A stretch of DNA of 64,000 nucleotides from an uncultured Verrucomicrobiae bacterium (GTDB taxonomy: Bacteria > Chlamydiota > Chlamydiia > Chlamydiales > Rhabdochlamydiaceae): the NCBI GenBank assembly GCA_963818965.1, contig CAWFUG010000010.1:1-64000 (forward strand), in the 5' to 3' direction. Positions 49,455 to 58,333 of this stretch are shown piece by piece. Both the position numbers and the translations under genes were made by a program. Numbering within the stretch: the stretch's first letter is position 1; every line of letters starts with the position of its first letter. A model generated the notes under the pieces. The model saw nothing but the letters and a program-made list of their open reading frames with translations, was not told the DNA's origin and did not search any database.

Positions 49455-51089
49455 TTAATGAAACTTCTGCACGATGGGGTAGCGGCGCCCTACGCTGAAG
49501 GCGCGGCCTGTCACGCGGATGCCCGGCGGGGCTTGTCGGCGCTTGTATTCTGCTAAATGGATCCGATGGACGAGATCGTGCGCCACCTCTACGGGCACAT
49601 CGTATTTCTCTGCGATCTCTTCAGGGGAGAGGAATTCCTCGACATAGCCACGCACGACTTTGTCGATGACCGGGTACTCGGGGAGCGAATCAGTGTCTTT
49701 TTGATTAGGTCTCAGTTCTGCAGAAGGAACCTTTTCGATGGTCGTATGGGGAATGATCTCCTTTTCTCGATTGATCCAATGCGCGAGCTGATAGACCTGC
49801 TCCTTCGTGACGTCGGAAATCACGCCGAGCCCTCCACACATATCTCCGTACAAAGTGCAATACCCCAATGCCATCTCGCTCTTATTCCCGGTACTCAGCA
49901 CGATATAGCCCAACTTGTTCGAGAGCGCCATCAGAATCAGACCGCGGATCCGCGCCTGGAGATTCTCCTCAGTGCTGTCGGGGCCTTTTCCTTGAAAGTG
50001 GGGCTCCAAAAGATTTAGAAAATCTTGGAAGGGCTGTTCAATGGGAACAGAGAGTAATTCGATCTCTAAATTAGAGCAGAGCTTTTCCGCATCGGCCACA
50101 CTGCCAGAAGAGCTGTAGCGAGAAGGCATGCTGACCCCGAGGACATTTTCTTTGCCCAAAGCATCGACTGCGATACAAGCGACCAGCGCAGAATCAATCC
50201 CTCCTGAAAGACCAATACATCCCTTCTTAAATCCCTGTTTATGGAAGTAATCGCGCACTCCTAATACGAGCACTTGGTAGAGATCGCTTAGAGGGTCCAG
50301 GAAAAACGGACAAGAGTGGTAAGGAGCTTCGAGATCGACGATCATCTCATCCTCTTCATACCCTTTGGCGATTTGCCGCAAACGCCCTTCTGCATCGACG
50401 AAGAGACTATATCCATCGAAGATGAGCTGATCATTGCCACCCACCTGACAGCAATAGACGACAGGAGCATGGAGCGTCTTGGCGCATTTGCTACACACCT
50501 TCACGCGGACATCGGGCTTTTGGAATTTGTAAGGGGAAGCTGAGAGGTTGAGGATCAGCGTAGGTTTTAAAGGGACCAGATCGAGCACGGGATCACGCGC
50601 ATAGTTGGTATAGCCGACATATCCTGCATGCTGCCAAATGTCTTCGCAGATCAAGATAGCAATCCGCTCTCCCTTGTACTCCCAAATCGGCGTCCGCGTA
50701 CCGGGCTCGAAATAACGCCTCTCGTCGAAGATATCGTAAGTGGGCAAAAGCCGCTTATCCTCAAATCCCAGCAGCTTGCCATCTTGAATGACAGCTGCGC
50801 TATTGAAGAGGGGCTTTTCTCCTCCAGAGGAATTCCAGCGTACCAGACCTACTACGACCATCAAACCTTTTGAAGCCTCGATGATTTTATCCAAATATTT
50901 TTGCTGACTATCGATGAATGTCGGATGTAAAAGAAGATCTTCAGGGAGATAGCCACAAAGAGCGAGCTCAGCAAAGAGGACGATGTCGATTTTTTGCCGT
51001 TTGGCATTCTCAATTGTTTTAATGATTTTTTGAGCGTTCCCCTCCAAATCCCCGATGATGGGATTGAGCTGAGCGACTAAAATACGCAT
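49455..51089 (-). CDS. nadE: Glutamine-dependent NAD+ synthetase
   Basis: Nitrilase-like domain (ICEDIW) plus GLSGGIDSA, ENLQARIR, TGNKSE, SAELRPNQKD. Confidence 0.97.
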   Translation of the reverse strand: MRILVAQLNPIIGDLEGNAQKIIKTIENAKRQKIDIVLFAELALCGYLPEDLLLHPTFIDSQQKYLDKIIEASKGLMVVVGLVRWNSSGGEKPLFNSAAVIQDGKLLGFEDKRLLPTYDIFDERRYFEPGTRTPIWEYKGERIAILICEDIWQHAGYVGYTNYARDPVLDLVPLKPTLILNLSASPYKFQKPDVRVKVCSKCAKTLHAPVVYCCQVGGNDQLIFDGYSLFVDAEGRLRQIAKGYEEDEMIVDLEAPYHSCPFFLDPLSDLYQVLVLGVRDYFHKQGFKKGCIGLSGGIDSALVACIAVDALGKENVLGVSMPSRYSSSGSVADAEKLCSNLEIELLSVPIEQPFQDFLNLLEPHFQGKGPDSTEENLQARIRGLILMALSNKLGYIVLSTGNKSEMALGYCTLYGDMCGGLGVISDVTKEQVYQLAHWINREKEIIPHTTIEKVPSAELRPNQKDTDSLPEYPVIDKVVRGYVEEFLSPEEIAEKYDVPVEVAHDLVHRIHLAEYKRRQAPPGIRVTGRAFSVGRRYPIVQKFH

Positions 51090-51171
51090 AATATCTCCCT
51101 ATACTTGACAGCTACCGCACAGCTCTATTATGCTCGAAATCTCTTAAATTATCTACATTATTGAGGAAGAC

Positions 51172-52998
51172 ATGACGACTGGGACGCTTAACATCCATAC
51201 AGAAAATATTTTACCCATCATTAAAAAATGGCTTTACTCTGATAAAGAAATTTTTATACGGGAGCTGATTTCTAACGCGTGTGATGCGATTCAAAAGTGC
51301 CGCGTTCTGCGCGAACACGGGGTCCTCTCCGTCTCCGATGAGACCTTCCGGATCGATCTCGAGATCGATAAAAAGGAGCGCACCCTGAAATTCACCGACA
51401 ATGGGATCGGGATGACGAGTGAAGAAGTCGTGCAATATATCGCACAAGTCGCCTTTTCAGGAGCCGAGGATTTTCTCAGCAAATACACCACCCAAAATGA
51501 AGGGGATCAAATCATCGGTCACTTCGGCTTGGGATTCTACTCCGCTTATATGGTCGCAGAGCACGTCACCATCGACACCCTCTCCTTCCAAGAACAGGCA
51601 AAACCCGCCCGCTGGAAATGCGATGGATCAGCGACATACACTCTAGAGGAAGGCTCCCACTCGACTCGGGGCACGGAAATTACCCTATCGATCGACAAAG
51701 AGAGCGATGAATTTCTCGAAGAAGAGCGGATCCGTTCGATCCTCAAACAGTACTGCGCGTTTCTCCCTTTCCCCATCTTCTTAAACGGAACCCGCATCAA
51801 CCACAAGCCTCCCCTTTGGCTCGAAAAAAGCTCCCAATGCACCGACCAAGACTACCTCGAATTCTACCGCGCACTCTATCCTTTAGAACCCGATCCCCTC
51901 TTTTGGATCCACCTCAATGTCGATTATCCTTTCCATCTGCAAGGGATTCTCTACTTCCCCAAAATCACTTCCCGTTTCGACTGGAACCAAAATACGATTA
52001 AGCTCTTTTGCAACCGCGTGTTCGTCTCTGATAATTGCAAAGACCTCATTCCCGATTATTTGATGATCTTACGAGGTGCCCTCGACAGCCCCGATATTCC
52101 TCTCAATGTCTCCCGCAGCACGCTCCAAATGGATAAGACAGTGCGCCAACTCGCACAACACATCTCGAAAAAGATCACCGATCGTCTGAGTGCTCTCTAT
52201 ACAACAGAGAAAGAGAAGTTCTACGAAGCTTGGGAAAATATCGAGATGATCGTGAAATTGGGAATCCTCCAAGATGAAAAATTTTACGAAAGAGCCAAAG
52301 AGTTCATCATTTGGAAAAACCATGCTAAGGAATGGACTACTCTCACCGACTATCTCGAGCGCAATCGAGAAAAACACAAAGGAAAAATCTTCTATACCGC
52401 TGACGATCACAACGCGAGCCTGCTCAACCTCTATCGCGACCAAGGGATCGAAATTCTCTATGCATCCTCCCCTATCGATGCACCACTCATCAGCTTTTTA
52501 GAGAGCAAATTAGAAGATGTCACCTTCCAGAGAATCGATGGAGCCATCGACTCGAGCATCCTCGATCCGACGCGAGAAAAGACACTTCTCGATGCAGATG
52601 GAAAAACGCAAGCTGTTAAAATTGCCGATTGTATCCGGCATCATCTCGATACCCCAGACGTAAAAATTGAAGCGAAGAGCCTGCAGAGCGACAAGACCCC
52701 TGGATTTTTAGTGATCGATGAAGCGGTGCGCCGAATGCGCGAGACATTTGCTCTGACGCAGCAGACGCTCCCTTCCCATTTCGCACAACCGGAAACGCTC
52801 GTCGTTAACACAAATAACACCTTGATCCAATCGATCTATCGACTGGAAAATACAAATCCAGAACTTTCCAAGGAGATGACTCAACACCTCTACGACGTGA
52901 TCCGGCTCTCGCAACGCAACCTCGACCCAAGCGTTTTACCCGCTTTTATCGAGCGGTCGCATCAGCTTCTTGAGAAACTCGCGGATATAAATAAGTAG
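51172..52998 (+). CDS. htpG: Molecular chaperone HtpG (Hsp90)
   Basis: LYSDKEIFIRELISNA, DNGIGM, IGHFGLGFYS, PLNVSRS. Confidence 0.97.
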   Translation: MTTGTLNIHTENILPIIKKWLYSDKEIFIRELISNACDAIQKCRVLREHGVLSVSDETFRIDLEIDKKERTLKFTDNGIGMTSEEVVQYIAQVAFSGAEDFLSKYTTQNEGDQIIGHFGLGFYSAYMVAEHVTIDTLSFQEQAKPARWKCDGSATYTLEEGSHSTRGTEITLSIDKESDEFLEEERIRSILKQYCAFLPFPIFLNGTRINHKPPLWLEKSSQCTDQDYLEFYRALYPLEPDPLFWIHLNVDYPFHLQGILYFPKITSRFDWNQNTIKLFCNRVFVSDNCKDLIPDYLMILRGALDSPDIPLNVSRSTLQMDKTVRQLAQHISKKITDRLSALYTTEKEKFYEAWENIEMIVKLGILQDEKFYERAKEFIIWKNHAKEWTTLTDYLERNREKHKGKIFYTADDHNASLLNLYRDQGIEILYASSPIDAPLISFLESKLEDVTFQRIDGAIDSSILDPTREKTLLDADGKTQAVKIADCIRHHLDTPDVKIEAKSLQSDKTPGFLVIDEAVRRMRETFALTQQTLPSHFAQPETLVVNTNNTLIQSIYRLENTNPELSKEMTQHLYDVIRLSQRNLDPSVLPAFIERSHQLLEKLADINK

Positions 52999-54163
52999 AA
53001 TCGAAGAATCTCCCTCGATTATCAAGTGCCTCGATAGAGGCACTTTCCTCTCTTAAGGTCACGACGCACACGGCATTGATCTTCTTACTCTTTTCCAGAT
53101 ACCACTCTTGTCTTATTTTCCGAGGGCGCACTCCCCAAGAGCCATCTCCCATATAGAGCACACCTTCTGGATCCACCTTCCCCTCTTTGATCCGAAACGT
53201 TCTCTTATACGCGTGGTTGTGGTTCTCAAAGGCAGCATTCAAGTGATACCGCTCGAAGAGCGGAACCCAATTCTCCCGGATTTGAGTCGGTGTAGAGCCA
53301 GTGTAAGAGTAAGCAGAAGGGTAAGCGCCGATGTGGTATACCGCCAACGTGTAGGGGATCGCCTCACGCGTCGTTAACTGTTCTTCCAACCACTGCGTCT
53401 GCTGTCCTTGAATGTGAAATCCATGCCCCGTATCGAGTAAAACCAAACTCAAGTAATCGCCACAATCCAAGGTCCGATAAGGCAATCCTTTACCTGGAAG
53501 GGCAAAGAGTTGATAAAAATAGGGAATCTGATGGCCGAAGCTCAAAGAGAGACCTCGGATATCGTGATTGCCCAAAACAGGTAACAGCGGGATCAATCTT
53601 CCCTCAGGAGTCACGAGCTGCCTCTTCCACTCTTTTAAGAATTTTCTCCACCGGCGGATTTCCCAATCTTTTCCCTTAAAAAATGTCCGAAAGCCATTGG
53701 TATAAGCGATATCCCCTCCTACCACGACAAAATCAGGGGAACACTTAGCGATCTCTGCATTCATCCTCTGAAAGCTCTTGAGATACAAATAAGCATCGCC
53801 TCCGATGACGAACTTCACGGGATGGGAGAGATCCTTTGGCAATGTCTTGAAACGATAGATCTCCCTATTTGGGCTCAATTGAAATTCATAAGGACAATCT
53901 GCCTCTAGCGCATCCAACTCGACGGTGTGTACCAAGATATTGGTCTTAGAAAGCAGAGAAGATAAGCCCTGGGACTCTTGCCAAGTACTCTCCCCCTCTT
54001 TTCGGTAGTTGACCTGTGACAGCACCGCTTTATCGCTCGTGTGCCACTGGATCGTCATCGTCGAGGTAGGATCGTGGATCCATGTCAAATAGAGAACAGA
54101 AGGTGCGCTCGCTTCTACAGAAAGACAAAAAAGCACGCCGAAGAAAAAAAATAAGTAGCGCAC
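52946..54163 (-). CDS. Purple acid phosphatase-like metallophosphoesterase (secreted; start uncertain)
   Basis: Signal peptide, FN3-like domain, GGD, GGDIAY, GNHD, HNHAY. Confidence 0.88.
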   Translation of the reverse strand: MRYLFFFFGVLFCLSVEASAPSVLYLTWIHDPTSTMTIQWHTSDKAVLSQVNYRKEGESTWQESQGLSSLLSKTNILVHTVELDALEADCPYEFQLSPNREIYRFKTLPKDLSHPVKFVIGGDAYLYLKSFQRMNAEIAKCSPDFVVVGGDIAYTNGFRTFFKGKDWEIRRWRKFLKEWKRQLVTPEGRLIPLLPVLGNHDIRGLSLSFGHQIPYFYQLFALPGKGLPYRTLDCGDYLSLVLLDTGHGFHIQGQQTQWLEEQLTTREAIPYTLAVYHIGAYPSAYSYTGSTPTQIRENWVPLFERYHLNAAFENHNHAYKRTFRIKEGKVDPEGVLYMGDGSWGVRPRKIRQEWYLEKSKKINAVCVVTLREESASIEALDNRGRFFDSTYLYPRVSQEADATAR

Positions 54164-54176
54164 GAAAAACCTATGT

Positions 54177-54296
54177 AATTTTACCACAGAGAGAGGAAAC
54201 CACAGAGAGGAAATTTTTTAAACAGTTTTTCTGAACCAGCATGAAAATACTTAAAAAATTTCCCCCTCTGTGGCTCCCCCTCTCTGAGGTAAAATT
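54177..54296. repeat. ACCACAGAG REP/BIME-like inverted repeat, copy 7
   Basis: aattttaccacagagagaggaaaccacagagagg...ctctgtggctccccctctctgaggtaaaatt. Confidence 0.83.
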
Positions 54297-54377
54297 CGAC
54301 TATTTATGCAACAATACTGTAAGGCTTATAACCCATGCGAAAACCGCAACGGACGTTGCGGTTTTAAGACTAGAAAA

Positions 54378-54755
54378 CTAACGGGTCTCTACTTCGACGA
54401 CCTTATCTGTTTTTTCTTCTGCTGCAGGCTGAACATCGGTAATCGCTGCCTTCAAGATTTCCATCTTCGCTCCCTCGTAAAGAGAGACGATGATCGTCGT
54501 TTCTTGAACTTTAACCACAGTGCCGATGATCCCCATTGCCGTGACGCGATCCCCTTTTTTCAAAGAGCTGCGCACCTGTTCCATCTGCTTGCGTCTTTTT
54601 TGTTCAGGGCGCCACAGAATGAAATAGAAGAACACGAGAGCAACGCCGATCATAATCACCGTCTGCATCATTCCACCCCCCTGCGCAGGAGCTGCATCTT
54701 GAGCAAATAGGGGAGCTGAGCCCATTAAAGGGAGAAGGAAAAATTTTTTTGTCAT
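54378..54755 (-). CDS. yajC: Preprotein translocase subunit YajC
   Basis: FFYFILWRPEQKRRK, LKKGDRV, GIIGTV. Confidence 0.95.
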   Translation of the reverse strand: MTKKFFLLPLMGSAPLFAQDAAPAQGGGMMQTVIMIGVALVFFYFILWRPEQKRRKQMEQVRSSLKKGDRVTAMGIIGTVVKVQETTIIVSLYEGAKMEILKAAITDVQPAAEEKTDKVVEVETR

Positions 54756-54841
54756 ATAAACGTCCTTAAAAATTCATTGAAAAAACCTCTTCTCAGCTTG
54801 CCCTAAACTCCAGGCAAAAGCAAGAGAAATGTCTACCAGTA

Positions 54842-56233
54842 TCAGCTTTTCCTCAAAAAAGCGACCGTCTCTACGTGCATCGTGTGGGGGAACTGGTCGA
54901 CAGGCTGTATCTTGACGACAGAATACCCGTGAGCGAGCAATTCTTTGAGATTTTCCACCTGAGTCAGAGGATTACAGGAGATGTATAAAATTTCAGGACT
55001 CTGCAACTGAGTTAAATGAGAAAGAGCCTTTGCATCTAAACCCGTACGCGGGGGGTCGACAATGATCAAATCGGGACTCTCCTTCAATTTTTGCAATTCA
55101 TCTCCGACATCGCCACAGATCACCTCCAAATGATCGATCCCATTGAGCTCCCGATTGACCTGAGCATCGAAACAAGCATAAGGATTCAGCTCGATAGCCG
55201 TCACTCGACGCGCTCTAGAAGCGATCGCCATCCCCAAAGTCGCTGTCCCTGCATAGAGATCCAAGACGTGATTCTTCTCCGTGTCAATACACTTCAGAGC
55301 CTCCGCATAGAGCCGCTCTGCCTGAAATGTATTCGGTTGAAAAAAGGAAGTGGGACTGACCTTAAAATGCAATTCCACTTCAGAATCGCATTTAGAATTT
55401 AGAGGAAGCCGCAGTGTCTCCTTTAAATGATCAGGCCCTGACAGATGCATCTCGAAAAATTGCGTCGGGGACCCCTTTTGCAATTGCTGGATCCGCAAAA
55501 AAAGGCTCAAAGTAGGCCAGTCTTGCTCGGGAACCGTCGCCCGCACCGCTTCTACAAACCCTTTCAAATGGGTCTGGTTCAACGCAAACAGCGGGTTGCC
55601 AGAAACCGTGAGCATCGCCAATTTATGCCCCGTTCTCAACCCCTCGCGCACTGTCAACGTCCTCAAACTGCCCGTATCATTCATCCGATAGGCAGATAGA
55701 TCCGTTCCCTCCCACCATTTTCTCACACCACCTACCACCTGAGAAAACCAAGGAGAGACCAGATGACATTCAGAGAGATTGAAGACGTGCCCCCGAGTCC
55801 CTGCTAAAACGAGCCCTAAAAAGCGCTCTCCTGCCTTCGTCTGAGAAAAAGAGAACTCCATTTTATTGCGGTAGGCCCAAGGATTCAGACACGGCAGAAT
55901 CGGAGAAACAGAATCAAAGACAGGAGCAAAAACTCCTTCCAACCAACGCTGCTTTTCTCTTAGCTGCGCTCCATAATCCATCTGCTGCCAGACACACCCT
56001 CCACACTGAGGCGCATGCGCACAGCGCACGGGAACCCGATCAGAAGAAGGCTCGAGAATTTGCAGCAAATCAGCCCGCCACTTTCCCCGCTTCTTTTTCC
56101 ATAACTTGACTTTGAGGGAATCCCCTGGAACCGCGCCGATGACCTCGACGAGACTGGGGCCATGGGAACCACGTCCCCAGCCCTTGGCATTGAAATGTGT
56201 GATGGATAGATCGATCTCTTGTTCCCGTACCAT
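54842..56233 (-). CDS. rlmD: 23S rRNA (uracil-5)-methyltransferase, RlmD/TrmA family
   Basis: TRAM domain, CGGC, YRNKMEF, SFFQPN, VDPPRTG, YISCNP, DQFPHT.HVE. Confidence 0.93.
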   Translation of the reverse strand: MVREQEIDLSITHFNAKGWGRGSHGPSLVEVIGAVPGDSLKVKLWKKKRGKWRADLLQILEPSSDRVPVRCAHAPQCGGCVWQQMDYGAQLREKQRWLEGVFAPVFDSVSPILPCLNPWAYRNKMEFSFSQTKAGERFLGLVLAGTRGHVFNLSECHLVSPWFSQVVGGVRKWWEGTDLSAYRMNDTGSLRTLTVREGLRTGHKLAMLTVSGNPLFALNQTHLKGFVEAVRATVPEQDWPTLSLFLRIQQLQKGSPTQFFEMHLSGPDHLKETLRLPLNSKCDSEVELHFKVSPTSFFQPNTFQAERLYAEALKCIDTEKNHVLDLYAGTATLGMAIASRARRVTAIELNPYACFDAQVNRELNGIDHLEVICGDVGDELQKLKESPDLIIVDPPRTGLDAKALSHLTQLQSPEILYISCNPLTQVENLKELLAHGYSVVKIQPVDQFPHTMHVETVAFLRKS

Positions 56234-56265
56234 AAGGGCACCAGAATACCACTCTCAAGCGCTTT

Positions 56266-56451
56266 CTACAATCCTTTCTTGGTTACAGAGAGCGATTCCT
56301 TCCGATACATCTTAGAAATTTTAGCAAACCGAATCGTCGCCATCCGCACTCTCTGTGCTGCGGCGAGATTCCCCTTCATCGCCTTTTCCAAATCCTTCTC
56401 CAATGCGCGCAAGTGTTGCCGCATCAAATTGACCGTCTCATTTAAAGCCAT
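56266..56451 (-). CDS. hctA: Histone H1-like protein Hc1, short 61-aa form
   Basis: MALNETV...DLEKAMKGNLAAAQRVR..TI...K.YRKES; yajC-rlmD-hctA order as in Chlamydia. Confidence 0.85.
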   Translation of the reverse strand: MALNETVNLMRQHLRALEKDLEKAMKGNLAAAQRVRMATIRFAKISKMYRKESLSVTKKGL

Positions 56452-56550
56452 CCGCCCCTCCCAACTAACTCACTCATTTTAATTATAGCAATTATTTGTA
56501 TTTTCAAGAATATCTCAAGATAGACATACTCAAGAATCAAGACCTCTTTT

Positions 56551-56611
56551 CTTTCCTCTCTGTGGTTTCCCATCTCTGTGGTAAAAAATATTATCCCCAC
56601 AGAGAGGAAAG
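56551..56611. repeat. ACCACAGAG REP/BIME-like inverted repeat, copy 8
   Basis: ctttcctctctgtggtttcccatctctgtggt...ccacagagaggaaag. Confidence 0.83.
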
Positions 56612-56632
56612 AAAAACACTCCGAGTGGATCC

Positions 56633-57451
56633 ATGCTCTGTTATATCGATGGCGCCTTCTTCTCTCAAGAGGAGGCTAAGATCTCCGTTCTCGACCTCTC
56701 CATCCTGCGCGGATTTGGTGTGTTCGACTATGTGCGCACTTACGGAGGCCGCCCCTTTCACCTCGAAGACCACCTCCTCCGCCTCCAGTCCTCCGCTGAC
56801 CATCTTGGGCTCCCCCTACCCAAAACACTCCCTGAAATCGAAGCGATCGTCACAGAGCTCCTCCTTAAAAATCCCTTCCCTGAATCGAATATCAAAATTC
56901 TCCTTACAGGAGGCGTTAGCCACGATCACTTTACCCCTGTACAGAGCTCCCTCATCGCCTTTAATTATCCCTTCATTCCCTTCCCCGAACACCACTATAT
57001 AAAGGGGATCGACGTCATCACGACCTCGCTAGCACGCACGTTCCCCACCACAAAAACACTCCACTATGCACCGGGAATCTCCGCCCTCCAAAAAAACCAA
57101 GCCCATGACGCCCTCTATCTCAATCCACGCCGCGAAATCCTCGAATCGACTACATGTAACTTTTTCGCAATCAAAAAAGGGACCCTCATCACCTGCTGCT
57201 CAGAGGAAATCCTTTCAGGGATCACCCGAAAAATCGTCCTCCAGCTGACCAATGGAAAAATTCCCCTAGAAAAACGCTCCCTCCACTATGATGAAATCCC
57301 CGACATCGATGAAGCATTCCTGACTTCTACCTCCAAAGAGGTCCTCCCCATACGCACCATCGATGCCCGTCCCATCGGAAATGGATCCCCCGGACCTCTC
57401 ACAAAACACATCTTAGCCCTATTTCGTGCCTATACGCGTATTCAGCTATAG
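56633..57451 (+). CDS. Class IV PLP aminotransferase (branched-chain/D-amino acid type)
   Basis: DLSILRGFGVFD, HLLRL..SA, KTLHY, ESTTCNFF, ILSGITR, EAFLTST. Confidence 0.92.
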   Translation: MLCYIDGAFFSQEEAKISVLDLSILRGFGVFDYVRTYGGRPFHLEDHLLRLQSSADHLGLPLPKTLPEIEAIVTELLLKNPFPESNIKILLTGGVSHDHFTPVQSSLIAFNYPFIPFPEHHYIKGIDVITTSLARTFPTTKTLHYAPGISALQKNQAHDALYLNPRREILESTTCNFFAIKKGTLITCCSEEILSGITRKIVLQLTNGKIPLEKRSLHYDEIPDIDEAFLTSTSKEVLPIRTIDARPIGNGSPGPLTKHILALFRAYTRIQL

Positions 57452-57489
57452 ACAAGGAATGCTGACTTTTGGTAGACTTACTCCCAAGT

Positions 57490-57743
57490 AAATCTTTAAT
57501 TAGGTTCTAGTTAGAGGGTTTACCCAGGGCCCTGAGGGGAAATGAGACAAATCTCATTGACACTCAAGACCTTAAAGTTTGTTGATACCGTGTTTTGTTT
57601 CCTGCGTACAGTCGCAAGAGCGCAATCCCGCTTCAACTTTAAATAGAAAACGACTTAACTCCTCACCGAATAAAAGGGGATACGGGAACGCAAGTTTCTC
57701 ACGATCAAAGAGTTAAGCATTAGGTGTATTTTTTGGAGAATTT
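57490..57743 (+). promoter_or_regulatory. Candidate structured 5' leader or ncRNA upstream of RRM gene
   Basis: Helices aatgaga/tctcatt, ttaaagtt/aactttaa, cttaactc/gagttaag and two GCAA tetraloops. Confidence 0.45.
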
Positions 57744-58124
57744 ATGAATCAAGAGTTAAATAAGAAATTGTACGTTGGAAGCCTGCCTTTCAGTACGACT
57801 GAAGAAGAACTTCAGGACCTGTTTTCTGCATACGGCCCGATCGTTTCGGTTCGCGTCGTTTCAGACAAATTCACAGGAATGTCAAAAGGTTTTGGCTTTG
57901 TTGAGATGGAAAATGAAGAGGATGCTCAAAAGGCAACCGAAAATCTCAACGGATCCAACTACAACGGACGCACTCTCGTCGTCAACCCAGCACGCCCAGA
58001 AGTTCCTCGCGGAGGAGGAGCTCGAAGCGGTGGTGGTCCACGTGGTGGTGGCGGCGGCGAACGCGGCGGATATCGCGGCGGATACAACGATCGCGGTGGA
58101 TACCGTGGTGGGGATCGCAGTTAG
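57744..58124 (+). CDS. RRM RNA-binding protein with Gly/Arg-rich tail
   Basis: RNP2 LYVGSL, RNP1 KGFGFVEM, RGG repeats. Confidence 0.96.
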   Translation: MNQELNKKLYVGSLPFSTTEEELQDLFSAYGPIVSVRVVSDKFTGMSKGFGFVEMENEEDAQKATENLNGSNYNGRTLVVNPARPEVPRGGGARSGGGPRGGGGGERGGYRGGYNDRGGYRGGDRS

Positions 58125-58174
58125 TAATCCCCTCGCAGTGAGTAAAGTCTAAATCATTATACTCTATCTCATTC

Positions 58175-58213
58175 AAGGCCAAGAGGTTAATTTCTCTTGG
58201 CTTTTTCTTTTTT
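58175..58213 (+). terminator. Rho-independent terminator
   Basis: aaggccaagag...ctcttggcttt plus T-tract. Confidence 0.8.
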
Positions 58214-58333
58214 ACCTCCCCGCCCTAAAAGTTTAAAATTTATTTTCCATTGAATCGAATAGTTGAAAACTGTTAATATTAATTAACAGAAAATAAACAA
58301 CTTATTAAATATTAAACTAACAAAGGCGTTATT

